Part shown: positions 12,001-24,314 of the stretch, in pieces | How the letters are laid out: every line of letters begins with the position of its first letter | How positions within the stretch are numbered: the first letter of the stretch is position 1 | IMG/VR virus record: IMGVR_UViG_3300045988_138661 | Reading direction: 5' to 3' (one strand) | Length of the DNA stretch: 64,000 nt | Source of the DNA: a virus | Notes under the pieces: model-generated | Databases searched by the model: none | Seen by the model: the letters and a program-made list of their open reading frames with translations, nothing else | Told to the model about the DNA's origin: nothing | Position numbers and translations under genes: made by a program

Positions 12001-13716
12001 ATATTCTTTAATTAAAAACTCATCATAATTAAGATATTTATTTTGAGCTTTAAATTTATCCCAAGCATCATCATCTTCCCAATTATCTTTACTTACTTTA
12101 TATCTAGTATATTTAGTTATAACTTTAGCATAATTTTGAGGATTTTTTATTTTAAATTGAACCTCAATAGTAGCAGATGATGATCCATCTTTAAAAGCCA
12201 TTTTCCCAATTGGGATAGACACCTCGGCACCATTACTTACTCGCAAACAAGTCGTATTGTTTTCATCGAAAATCCAGCCATTATTATACCAATTAAAATT
12301 TTTAAATTCTACGTATTTATTATTATTAATTAAATAAGTTTCACGACCTAATTTTCCCTCTGAGTTAGAACGACCAGTAGCTATAAAATTAACTTTTAAA
12401 TTATCTTTTTTTGCTAATTTCATATCTCTTAAAGGATCAATTAAAATTGTAAAATTAAAATTACGAGAATAAGAATAAGGATCAGTACCAACTTTAATAG
12501 TATAATAAGAACTATCATCTACAGTTAAATTAGTAATTTCCCAATATTGCCATTCTCTAACTTGTGAACTATCTAATTCTCTAGTTCCTACTTGGACGCC
12601 ATTCTTATAAAGAGTTATAAAAGCTCCATTATTATTTGGGTCTAATACTTTAAAAGGAATTCTTATTGTCTCATAAGTATAATATTCTGTCTTAAAATCT
12701 TGCACCCAAATTAAAGGCATTTTATTGCCTGGTTCTTGAATAACAATTTCCTTTTGAATAAAATCTGTTCCCGCGCCTTTTTTAGAATTATTCATTAAAT
12801 ATAACTTTGCTTTTATTATATGCTCACCATGAGTAAAATAATTTTTTAAAGTAGAAACTTTGTCAATCCCTAATATATTTGTATCAGGAGTAATAACAAA
12901 AGAATCTTCAGAAGAAGAATCAGTATCACTATAAGTTCTATCTAAAACTAAATAGTCATCAAAATAAACTTCAACAGATCTAGCGATATCTTCAGACATT
13001 AACCAGCTAACAGATATTTGTCCGTTATCAATTGGACTATCATTACTAAAACTACTTTCTTTCCAACTGAAAGAAAGATGGTGCTTATTAATATTAATAG
13101 TGTCAGAGTTTTTCTAAAATCTATTATTTTCTTCATCAGGATTATAATAAATGCTAAAATTAATCTCACTAGAACATGAATTTCTTAAAATATTAGTTAA
13201 ATCAATTTCTTGTGGAACATTATGTTCATAAGTAGTAGGAGGAGAAGTATAATATACTTCTTTTTCTGTAGCACTTTTAATTTCACTTATAGTTATAATT
13301 CCTTGCACAGAAGAAGATTGCGGAATACCACCAACAGTTCTACATTTAACCAAAACTTTTACTTTAACATTTTCTTCATTTAAGATATCAACAGGGCTGT
13401 CAGATGGAATTCTTGTTAAAGAAACAGTTCCTAAAACTTTTTGTTCAGAGTCTCCTTCTCCGCCACCGCCCGCCCCGGCGACAGTTAATTTTTCACATCT
13501 CGCACATTCTTCGCGGTTTTCATTTAAAGCAAAACCTAAAATTCGATAAAAACATCCATCTAAATTTAAAATTAAATCATCTATATGACAATTTGTTATA
13601 GATAATTTTGATAAAAGAATTAAATAAGCCACTGGGTTTTCATCCGCATCATATTCAATTTCCACAGTATTATCTGTACCGTAAATTACCTGAACACCAC
13701 TAGACCCTATTGGCAT
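6100..13716 (-). CDS. Giant structural protein of about 2538 aa (tail-associated or host-recognition candidate), read through about 40 or more in-frame TAG.
   Basis: ORFs 7012..7353, 8320..9315, 9481..9855, 10618..10971, 11347..11802, 11866..12999 and 13114..13716 share one frame. Each ends in CTA on the plus strand. The gaps 7354-8319, 9316-9480, 11803-11865 and 6103-6420 were hand-checked and contain no TAA or TGA. TAA lies immediately upstream of ATG 13716; TGA at 6102-6100. Remaining gaps were not checked, so this could be two or three genes. Confidence 0.4.
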
Positions 13717-13848
13717 TTTATTTTCAGTTGCTGTATCTAAATAAACTCGGCCTGTATCTGTTGCAACATAAAAATATCCATCGCTTTGAGGATATTCTTT
13801 TATTTTTTCTTCTGGGCCCTATACAGGACGAAAACGTATTTTAGACAT
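13717..13848 (-). CDS. Small protein, 43 aa (MSKIRFRPV-TAG-GPEEKIKEYPQSDGYFYVATDTGRVYLDTATENK).
   Basis: SD aaaggagtaaattATG. TAA at 13719-13717 directly abuts the next ATG (TAAATG). Confidence 0.35.
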
Positions 13849-13871
13849 AATTTACTCCTTTCTATCCTAAA

Positions 13872-13915
13872 AAAAATATGGGGAAAGAATATTTCATCTT
13901 TCCCCATAAAAACAT
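13872..13915 (-). terminator. Intrinsic terminator downstream of the tail fibre gene.
   Basis: tatggggaaag aatatttcat ctttccccata, with an 8-T run on the minus strand. Confidence 0.6.
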
Positions 13916-13966
13916 TCTTCTATATAAAATAGAAAAAATTATATTTATTATTAAATAGTATTGCCC

Positions 13967-15628
13967 TTAGAATGTTCCCCACTCTAGCTCAAAATTAACT
14001 TTAGCATCATCAGTCTTAGTTGCCGCGGAAACATTAACCTTTAGACTATTACTTGCGAAAACAAGCGGTTTACCTTCAAGAACAGCACCCGCAACTTTAA
14101 GATTAGGAATTAAAGTATTAGTACCATTTACCGTATAATCTGCATTAGCAATTTCTTGATGAGTATTTTTTACAGTAAAAGTTTTTTGAGTAGATTTAAT
14201 TACATGCCCTTGAGCATCAATTTCAGTTGGCTCATTAATAGTAATAGTTTGTTCATCAGCATAAGATTGAGAAACTGGATCATTTACAGTTAAAGTATTA
14301 CTATGTTTAATAGTAACAACTTTAGAATTAGTAGGTTGACCTTTTGAATCTGTTAAAACTTCTGTTTCTAAAACAATACCACTTTCACCATGAAGAGCAT
14401 AATCTAAAAGTTTTCTGGTAGACCCAAGTTTAATAATAAAACCAGCAGTACTATTATCATTGGCTCCTTCAATTTCAGTAACAGGATCATTAGCAGAAGG
14501 AACATAAGTCCAATTAATAGTACCAGTAATAACGCCATTAACCTCTTCCCCAGAAGCAATAATTAAATCACCAGGGCGTAAATAATGACCATTCCAAAGA
14601 GTATCTTCAGCTCCAGTATAAATAAAGGTATTACCTTCAGTAATTTCAGCAATATCAGAATTATCATAGGCAATAGCTCCATCTTTAACTTGGAATCCGC
14701 CACGGAATACCATAGCATTAATAGTTCTAAGTTGATTATCAATATCTTGCTTACTATAAACAGGAAGAGTTAAAACACCATCTTTAAATTTGTAGCTACC
14801 AGTTTTACCTTCTAAAGCAATTTCCGGATCAATATCAGCAGATAAAGTTGTATTATTACCAGCCCCTTGAACACCAGGACCACTAATAGAAGCAGTAAAA
14901 CCAGTACCAGTAGCATGATTAGCTACATCAATACTATCAACAGCTTTATTTACACTTAAAGTATAATTTCCAGTAGAAGTTTCAGCAATATTAACATTAC
15001 TACCGGCGGTAATATTAAAATTACCTGCACCAGTATCGCCATTATTTAAATTAACATTTAAAGTTTTTTCGTTTAAAGAAGAATTTAATTGATAATTAAT
15101 TCCTTTTAAACTCAATTTAACAGTGTCTACACCGTTATCACCAATAGCAGGAACTGCTTCAATTTGGATATAATCGCTACCTATAATATCATAAGTTTCA
15201 GTAATAATATTACCACTACTATCAGCAATAGTATTAGTTATAGAAGCTCCATTAGGTCTTTCAGGATTGTTATTTACTGATACATTACTATTCTCTTTTC
15301 TAGTATCTAAAACAGTATCAGTATTAGTTTGAATCCAATTTTTACCATTATTGATACATAAAATATTTTTATCTTTTATATAATAAAATTCGCCAGCAGT
15401 ATTTTGGTTAAAACTTTGAGGTAAATCTGCGGTAGTATCAACTACATTAATGCCTTGATTTACAGGGACGCAATTATTTTCATCTACACCATAATAAAGA
15501 CGGCTTGGTTTTTTATAGTCTTCGGCGGACTTATTGTCATTAATTACTAAATAAAACGCACCAGGTTTATATCTACCTGCCACCTTTTCAAATTCGGCTT
15601 GAGAGCCTTTTAAAAACTTAACGTTCAA
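13967..15628 (-). CDS. Tail fibre or receptor-binding protein, 553 aa, TAG-free. N-terminal KFLKGSQAEFEKVAGRYKPGAFYLV anchor motif common to phage fibre proteins.
   Basis: Intact ORF. SD aaaggagtgaaaaaaATG. TAA stop. Gly/Asn/Thr-rich repeats typical of fibres. Confidence 0.65.
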   Translation of the reverse strand: MNVKFLKGSQAEFEKVAGRYKPGAFYLVINDNKSAEDYKKPSRLYYGVDENNCVPVNQGINVVDTTADLPQSFNQNTAGEFYYIKDKNILCINNGKNWIQTNTDTVLDTRKENSNVSVNNNPERPNGASITNTIADSSGNIITETYDIIGSDYIQIEAVPAIGDNGVDTVKLSLKGINYQLNSSLNEKTLNVNLNNGDTGAGNFNITAGSNVNIAETSTGNYTLSVNKAVDSIDVANHATGTGFTASISGPGVQGAGNNTTLSADIDPEIALEGKTGSYKFKDGVLTLPVYSKQDIDNQLRTINAMVFRGGFQVKDGAIAYDNSDIAEITEGNTFIYTGAEDTLWNGHYLRPGDLIIASGEEVNGVITGTINWTYVPSANDPVTEIEGANDNSTAGFIIKLGSTRKLLDYALHGESGIVLETEVLTDSKGQPTNSKVVTIKHSNTLTVNDPVSQSYADEQTITINEPTEIDAQGHVIKSTQKTFTVKNTHQEIANADYTVNGTNTLIPNLKVAGAVLEGKPLVFASNSLKVNVSAATKTDDAKVNFELEWGTF

Positions 15629-15642
15629 TTTTTTTCACTCCT

Positions 15643-16224
15643 TTAAATATCAGCCCAAGAAACAGTTTGTTCAACCGCTTCAACACGAGTTACCAAATTA
15701 TCAGGACCCTTATCTACTAAATATTTATTAGCTATACTAATTGTTTCAATATCTCCCTAAGTTAATGTTCCTACTGGCATATCAATCCATGTACCAGCAT
15801 CAGTGAGGATATGTTTTCCTTTAGTTTCATGCAAAGAAACTGGAACTAAACCTGGAACTCTACCCTTAAAAACAGGAGCTAATTTAGCTAAATTTTCTTC
15901 TGTAGATAATTTTTCAACAATAGAATTAATTAAAGTCTCATTATTTTCTAAACTCTAATTAACCCATTTTTTTTGTTCTTCATTATAAGTTAAAACTTGA
16001 TTTGTCTTAACTTCATTGAGGACAATATCGCTTAAATCACTTAACTTACCTGCGGAACTAATTCCACCACAAATTAGACGACTACCTAAATAAAGTTCTC
16101 CAGAAGAATCATTTTCCCCATAAATAAAATATAAAGTATCATTGTCTCTTTTTGTTCCTAAACTTTCAAAAGCAGTTTTAGAACCTCTGACAAATTTTAC
16201 ATATTTATTTAATGTATTAGGCAA
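15643..16224 (-). CDS. Second protein with the fibre N-terminal anchor motif (KYVKFVRGSKTAFESLG...TLYFIYGENDSSGELYLG), about 193 aa with a TAG.
   Basis: ORF 15955..16224 ends in TAG. Frame continues to TAA at 15645-15643. SD ggaaggagtcgattatcttATG. Confidence 0.5.
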
Positions 16225-16261
16225 GATAATCGACTCCTTCCTATTATTTATAAAATCTTTT

Positions 16262-16300
16262 TAATCAATACTAAAAGGGTTTGGCCTGTTAAGACCAAAC
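16262..16300. terminator. Bidirectional hairpin terminator (aaagggtttggcc tgttaa gaccaaaccctttat).
   Basis: 13-bp perfect stem. Confidence 0.55.
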
Positions 16301-16316
16301 CCTTTATTTAAATTAA

Positions 16317-18586
16317 GTCGTCTCAGATGGAGTATCAGTATTATTTGAGCTATTTTTTAAAGCATCAACATCAGTTCTTAATCCAACAATTAAATTATTT
16401 AATTCAATGTCTTTATTCTATAATGCTTTGATGGTTGTATTTAACTACGTATTTTTATTCTATAATTCTACAATTAAATCAAACATTTCTGCTATTGTTT
16501 TAGCTCCATTATTTCCAGAAGTCGCATTATATGTAAGACTGCGCACCGCGCTTTCATTTAATTTACTATTTGCTAAAGTATTTACATCAGCTAATGTGCC
16601 AGTATAACCACCTAAAAGATTTGCTTTTAAAGTATTTAAACTACTCATAGTAGCAACTTTATTACTATTACTATAAGTTCCATCAAAAGTAATAGGCAAA
16701 TCACTTTCTTGTAAAGCACTTCTTGAAACAGTTATTAAACCATCTTTTTCTTCTACCGCCGTAACAAATTGTTTATCTACCTTGTTATCAGCTTTATCTA
16801 ATTTATCAATAGCCTATTTAATACTATAAGCAACAGAATTAGTAGTAGATACATCTCCATTTAAAATATCAATTTTACTACTTAAATTACTAATACTAGT
16901 TCTATCACTATTAATTCCTTGTCTTAAACCATAAAGAGTTGGGACAGTATCTTTACCAAAACTATTATTAGTTTGACCTAATAAAGTATTATATTTACTA
17001 TCGCTATTATCAATCAATTTAGTAATACTATCATTAAGAGTTGTATCTTTAGTGATAGTATTTAATTTATCGTTAGTAATATATCCAGTTCCTAATGTTA
17101 AAGTACCTAAATAAGATTTCTCACTACTTAAAGCTCCAGTAGTATCAATAAAACTTAAAGAAGTAAGAACATTACCTTCTTTAGTATTTTCATAAGAGCC
17201 TTTTGGGATACTAATTGAGAATGTTTCTTCTTTTACAACATGCCCAGCTCTATCAGTAAACAATTTAGGTAAATTAATGGAAGAACCAAAAGTATTAAAA
17301 TCAACATCTTTACCATAACTTTTTGATGCTTTATTTACATCTAAATTATTATGGGTAATTATAATAGCTCCACCATTTTTTTCAATATCTGCATCTATTG
17401 AAATTAGATTATCTCCCTAAATAGTTGCAGATTTCATATAATTATCATTAATATCATTGTCAGTTTCAGTAGAAAAGTAAATAAGTTTATTGGTCTCTAA
17501 TTTTTCTAAATTCATTTTTTTATTAAGAGTATTTAAAGCTCCCTTAACATTAGTTTTATCAAAATTAGTAACAGAATCATTACGATTTTGACCATAAAGT
17601 AAATCATAAGTTTCACATACCGCATTACCAAGAGCAGGAAGCTTTACTACAAGTGATTTGCGATCATAGCCATCTTCAATCGGTTCACCAACAACATTAT
17701 CCTATTCTACATTATAATAAAATTTATATCCTGACTAACTTAATTTATAATTAATACTATTTTCTGTAATATTATCATAAGAGCGTTTTGTTTTACTAAA
17801 TCCTTCTTTATTATAATAAATATTATTATTATCTAAATCAAGTTGAAAATTAGTAGGAACTCTTAATTTATAAAGTAAATTTGTACTACTTTGATCAGCA
17901 GTTATTGCTGGTCCAAGTTCGCTTTCTAAATAATAAACGCGCCCTTCAGTTTTAGTATCATTATTATCTAATTTATAATGACTGTCAGCTTCATCGTAAT
18001 AATAATACCTACCTGGCTGATATACAATATTAGTACTATCAACCGCAACATATGGGTCTTGAGGAAGTAATGGATAAATTGAAAAATTCGGAACAACAGT
18101 ATTTAATTCAGCAATCTAAATATAAGTTTCTTGGTTATTAACATATTGTTTTATCCAAACTGTAGAATCATATCCTCGTCCATAAACTGGATAATCTATT
18201 TGATAATTTTTATTATACTATTCATCATCAACTCTGTCATTAGTGATTCTAGTAAGATATCTCCAATATGGAGACCCATCAGATTTGGTATCTCCGGTAT
18301 ATAAATACCAATATCTATTTCTATTAACCTTTACCATTTTACCTTTTTCACATAAAATAATGTGAGAATCACTTCTATCAACAGGATCATCATACATAAT
18401 CTCATTATTGTCAAGGTAGCCTATTATATACTAAGAAGCCGGAAGGCCATACTCAACTAAAACATAGCGACCTAAAAATACTCCATCGCTTGCGCAATTG
18501 TTATCCATTTGAAGTCTATTATTATAAATCCTATCAAAAGTGAAGGTCGTTTTTGAAGTATTACTTATATTACCATAAAAACCCAT
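16317..18586 (-). CDS. Tail or baseplate structural protein of about 756 aa, with TAG.
   Basis: ATG 18586 with SD gaggagggttgataATG. ORFs 16814..17263 and 16460..16699 are in the same frame. Confidence 0.45.
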
Positions 18587-18588
18587 TA

Positions 18589-18933
18589 TCAACCCTCCTC
18601 AAATAAATAATCTATAATAAGATATGCTTCTTTATTTTGATTAATCAAATTCATAGAACTTCTATCAAATTTAATTAAATTAATAGTAGAAATACCTTCT
18701 AAATCTAACTCATAAATACCAGTATTCCCAACAATAATAGCATTAGCACTATCATTCAAATAAAATTTTGTTCCTGGTAAAGTCTAAATACCCAACTGAG
18801 TAATCAACACATTTTGATTATTATTTTTAAATGCAGTTCCTGTAATTAGTTTACTCATATTGACATCACTTGGATAGTTCTTAGAATTAAGACCTTCACC
18901 ATAATATCGAATTTGTCTTATCTTTCTTGCCAT
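18589..18933 (-). CDS. Hypothetical structural protein, 114 aa (MARKIRQIRYYGEGLNSKNYPSD...).
   Basis: SD ttaaggaggatcactaaATG. TGA at 18591-18589 overlaps the SD and start of the next gene. Confidence 0.5.
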
Positions 18934-18946
18934 TTAGTGATCCTCC

Positions 18947-21253
18947 TTAATATACTCTTGATATTGCTTTGGTGGCACTAATAGACATTAAACCATTATA
19001 AGTTAATGGAATAGTTATTTTATTAACTAAATATTCTCCTTCAACGCCACTTCTTTTATCTTCAATATAAATTCTATTATTAGGTTCTAAATAATAAACT
19101 GGAATAGTAGAAATTGAAACACTTTCCGTACAATAGGCTGTTGTATAAAGCAAATCTTCAATTTCATCAACTGCGCTCTTACCTTTAGGACTAATTTTAA
19201 AATAATTATCATATCCAGAAGGAATATTAATCCAAATATACCCACTTTCTGTTGGATAATTATTCTAAATAATAGAATCATAATCTGTCTATGTCATAAA
19301 TAATACATCAGGTGTATCTCTATAACATATAACTTTTATATTAGTATCATTAATTGCTTTTGTTCTATCTCCAATTAATTGAACTGAGTATTTAGCGATA
19401 TCCGCGTTTTCTTCCCCAATAAAATCAAACCAAAAATTTAAATTCTCAGGATTATTCTTTACTTCTTCTTTAAAATCTAATTTATCATAATCATAGATAT
19501 CTCTCCAAAAAGAAAATAAATCTACATAATAAGTTTCATAGCCAGTTATTCCAGAAGGATAAAAATCAGGATTCGCGGCTGCCACTTTACTAGTAAAATC
19601 ATCTGCATAATTATATTGGTAATAATCTACAGCCATACGATATAAAACTTCACGCCAATCGCAATAAATAACTCCCGGCTCATTTTCACTTTGATACCAT
19701 TTGTTTTTATAAGTTTTTTGCTCTAATTGTGGATTCATAGTATCAAAAATATCATTATTATACATTGTAGATTTATACCTATTTATATCATTATCATTCA
19801 CAATAATTGTAGTATATTGAATAGGTTTTTGATCTATTGCATATCTTAAATGAATAGGAATTTCCGCCCCACTGGCGCTTTCTCTCTATCCCCAAATAGA
19901 AAAATCATTTCTTAGATTAGCAATCTATGGAGTATTATTAAAAGAAATAACCGTCTATCCATCTCTAAAAGAATAAATTGAAGAAGAAGAATAAACCGCA
20001 GGCTCAATATAATTATCTCCATTAGAATTCTTTACTATATTATTCCAAGATTGGTATTCATAAAATTTCTTTCGCTAAAAAATGAATCTACCATCTATAT
20101 CATAGTAATACTCAAAACAACTTAACATATTTTTAATTTTGTCTAATACGCTAGTTATATTTTCACCAACACTTGTAATAAGTTCTCCTGCATAGACTAA
20201 ATCACAAATACGATAACCAACTGTTTCATTAGTTACTCGACTTATAATAGTGTAAATAGTTCCATTATTTACCAGCCTTACTTTAGTCGGTTCAGAAACG
20301 TCATCTAATAATTTATTACTATCTAAATTATCAAATTTAATACTACTTATATCAGTTATTTCATTATTGTTTATATCTAATAAAGTAGGCATTGTCCCTA
20401 TCGAAGCATTAACTATTCTATTCGTTTGCGCATCTTTAAAGAAATACATAGTTTCATCACATTTATTAGCTAATAACTCATAACCATATTGATCTAAATC
20501 ATTAATAATTATATTACTTTCTTTTTCTTTGCCATAAACTGTAAGAAGTTTTTTAATAATAGTCTAAATAGGGATTGAAATTAAATTCAAATGACTCTCC
20601 CTTAAATAATACTCTTTATTACTAAACTCTTCTTCATCTAAAACATAATAAGTAGTTCGTTTATTCTAAGTAGAAATATAATAAATATTATGTTTTTTAG
20701 CTTCTTCTTCACTATTAACAATATAACAATATTTACCTTTTATATAATTATCTTTAGTTATATTATTTTGTTTATTATAGCTATAAGTAATTACTTCTTC
20801 TTTTCCAAAATCTACAGAAGCAGGTAAATCTCCTCCTAAGTCTCCGTTTAATAGACACATCTTATCTTTACCTTGGATAGAAATATTATATGAGCTAGCA
20901 CTTTGAGAAGTATTAAAAGACGTAATTAAATAAATGCCTTGATTAAACCAAATAATATCTGGATATTTATTATCAATTTTATTTTCTAATCCAATAGCCA
21001 AACTAAATTTAGAATTTAAACCCCAAGAATATTGTTTATATAATTTCTCATTCGTGACCATAGTAAGAGAACAAGACCGGCGGACCGCAGATGTCCCATC
21101 AATATTAATTGATCCGCCGGTTATCTTACCCTCTATACTTTCTATTGGTAATTCATCAAATGTTAGTAGTTCAATACGAGCATAAACTACTTTATGTTTA
21201 AATTCATCTAACTTTTTAAGAAAATCGGTATCATATTGTCTTTGAGTTTTCAT
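18947..21253 (-). CDS. Phage tail protein, possibly distal-tail (Dit) or Tal-like, about 768 aa, with TAG.
   Basis: ORFs 20666..21253, 20075..20449, 19289..19801 and 18947..19153 share one frame. Gaps 19802-20074 were hand-checked: TAG only. SD ggtagaggagtATG. TAA at 18949-18947. Confidence 0.5.
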
Positions 21254-24110
21254 ACTCCTCTACCGCCTTTCTTAAAGTATCAATAAATAAAGTATAAGTT
21301 TCATCTATAGTCTTTTGTAATTCTACTACTCTTCTATTGTATTTTTTTATACAATCCTGAATATTACTTTGATTTACATTATAAAATGGATCATCATTAG
21401 AAAAATCAGGATTGCTTTTATCTTGTTCTAATTCTTTAAAATCTTTTAAAGCCTTTTTAGCTCTTAACCAATTTTGCTTTAATTGATAAATAGTTGTTGT
21501 AGTATAAGTCTAACCATTAAAAATTCTATAAGTAGTTTGATTATCATTTTCAAAAGAATAAACTATTTCTTGACGTTGTACTGATAATTCACATAAAACG
21601 CCAGGATCAATTTCAATAGAAGTAATATCAGTCAAATCTTTTATTTGATATTCATTTTTATGGTCTATACCAATAATCTATTTATTATCTTCATTTATTC
21701 TAATATTACATGCCCAGTTTTTCTCATCTACTAAAATACCTGAATCATAAATTTCCTTTTTAGTATAACCATCAATATAATAATCTCTTTCTTCATTTTC
21801 TTTAACTACATACACATGATAAATTAAGGTTGGATCAAAATCTTCGCGCTTAATCTCCATGGTATAATTATTATCTTCCAATGCCCTATCAGGAGCTATA
21901 TAAAAATTAATTCTATTATTAGTATATAGTTTCTATACTTCGCGTTTCGTAAAACGTAAGAAATAAATTTTTGTGATTTTATATTTGAAATTATCATTAT
22001 AAAGATTTAAAATATTACCTTCAGTACCATAATATTGTTCTAAAGGTAAATCAGCAACTTGAATATCACTAACGGTATCAAATTTACTTGCTTGTTTACC
22101 ATAATAAGAATATACAATAGTTCCTTGCTGTAATCCTATGTCGGATAATTCAATTATTTTTACACTATGAATAGGAGCTACATGATCTATTAAATAAGCT
22201 CCTGTAATACCAATAACAATTTCTTCTCCATCAACATTAAATTTATCTCCAGGAGCAAAACCTTCAAATCGAATAGTTATCGCAGGAGAATTAGCCAAGA
22301 TATCTTTAGTCTATAAACTATAATGATCTCCATTATAAAGTAACTCAAACATAGGATAAAAACTTAATGTTTGTAATAAATTGTCTAAACAAGTTTGTTT
22401 ATTCGCTTGTAATTTCTTAATTTCTGCCTAAGTTAAATTTTCATTTTTTAAATTATCAATATAAGTATTTACATCATCAATATAGCCATTAATTTTATAC
22501 CATCCATCAAAAGATACACTATCCCATTTAAGAATTTCACTTTCAGGCGGGTCCGCATCAATAAATCCATAAGTAGTAAGATTATCAAAACTAACTTTAT
22601 CAATTTCATATGCGGTTCCACTAAATGTGTGAAGCATACGACCTAATTTATCTTCTGGACTTAAACTCACATTCAATAAACGTACAATGAAATTTCCTTC
22701 TGTTGGAGATTTAAATAATTTAGGTTCTCCATCAGTTAAAAACTCTAAAGCCTTAGTTTTAAATTGACGTTCTATATTAATATTATAATCAGTCAAATCA
22801 GTTGATGTAAAATCTTTAATTTCATCATCGCCCAATTTGTCCATAAATAAATGATCTTCATCCATAAGGTAAGAAATTAAACCACTTATAGGAAATTCGT
22901 GATAATAAGTATTTCCATTTCTAAAAATATAAGGATATTGACTTCCAATAGTATCAGTTTTACTTTCAAGAGTATTGATTTTAAAACTACTTACTTTTGG
23001 ATTAAATCTTATTTTTAATAACTGCCCATTACTGTATAAAAAACTATCTTCAAAAATACTATATATCGTATTAGAAAAAATTTTATTACTGCGGATAGCG
23101 GTTTCATCGCTATATTGCTACACCGCATATTGATAACTAAATCCATGCTCAACAGTAAAATCTTTATACAATTCTCTTGAAGGAGTTTCACCAATTAATT
23201 TAAACTTTAATATTGTATTCCAAGTATTAAAATCATCTTCGCTACTGGCTCTTAATAAAGCAAAAGCTCCTGTCGCGGGAATTTCTAATCCTGTCTTTTT
23301 ATCACGAATTCCGTTTAAATTAATTTTTACATATCCATTATTTTCATCCATAATCGCAGAAAGAGTTGCTTGTAATTCTGGGTTAATAGTTTCTCTATTA
23401 ATAATTTGATAACGAATACTTTCTGCTTCATAGTTATTAATAGTGGTTATAGAATATTGAATAAAATAATTTTTATTCTTTTGTAATTCTTTATTTAATT
23501 CAAAACTATCATAACTTTCATTTAATTCTGTATCATTAATTGAATTATGTAATTGCTCTCCGCTATCAGCAAAAATATTACCATTTTCATCATATACTTT
23601 AAATCTATATGAATAAACTTTTTCAGTAATATCATCATTTTTTTCTTTTTGACTATATACTCCAATAAAATTTGTTTTATTTATTCCTACTAAATTATCT
23701 TCAAAACCTTTTATATAAACTGCGGGCTTAGTCGTGCATTTAGCAATACCAACCGTAGAATAATATCCAACTACTCCATTAGTATTAATATATGCTAACT
23801 GAACTTTGTAAGACTATCCTGGATTTAATTTATATTGGATAGGTTTTCCGCTATTAGTAATTGATTTAAGATTTATATTGAAAGTAATAGACCCTTGTTC
23901 CAAACAACCGCGGACTTTGCTTGGAGTAAAATCCGCGGTTGTCCCCTAAGCAATTACGACATTGCTTGACACTGTTTTAATTATATAACATAATCCTGAA
24001 ACTTCTACCATACTAACTGCACGATTCATTTGAAATGGAATAGTAATTTCCTATCCAACAAATGCTGGTAAAGTTCCAGGTATAATAGGTGGATATAATT
24101 TATTAACCAT
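21231..24110 (-). CDS. Large structural protein of about 959 aa, with TAG. Overlaps the next gene start by 23 nt.
   Basis: ATG 24110 with SD ggagggataaaATG. ORFs 23118..23351, 22428..22865, 21933..22298 and 21678..21881 share one frame. Region 21253-21677 was hand-checked. TGA at 21233-21231. Confidence 0.45.
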
Positions 24111-24111
24111 T

Positions 24112-24288
24112 TTATCCCTCCTAATTATTTTCGTTATTCTTCTCCTCTTGAAGACTTACTAATCTATTTGTAAAATCTCTTAATTGTTTTAAACATTCTC
24201 CCATAAGAATAGTATCTTCTCCTTTAGTTGTCACTAAAGAAAGAGTATTATATAAAACTTTTAAAAAATTAATATCTCGCTCATTCAT
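24112..24288 (-). CDS. Small protein, 58 aa (MNERDINFLKVLYNTLSLVTTKGEDTILMGECLKQLRDFTNRLVSLQEEKNNENN-TAG-EG).
   Basis: SD ggagaaaaaggaaaATG. TAA immediately before the next ATG. Confidence 0.4.
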
Positions 24289-24314
24289 TTTCCTTTTTCT
24301 CCTTCTTATTATAT

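Noticed and set aside
13967-16224. Looked for a diversity-generating retroelement because of the fibre N-terminal anchor domain.
   Set aside because: No reverse-transcriptase-like ORF and no template or variable repeat pair visible in the window.
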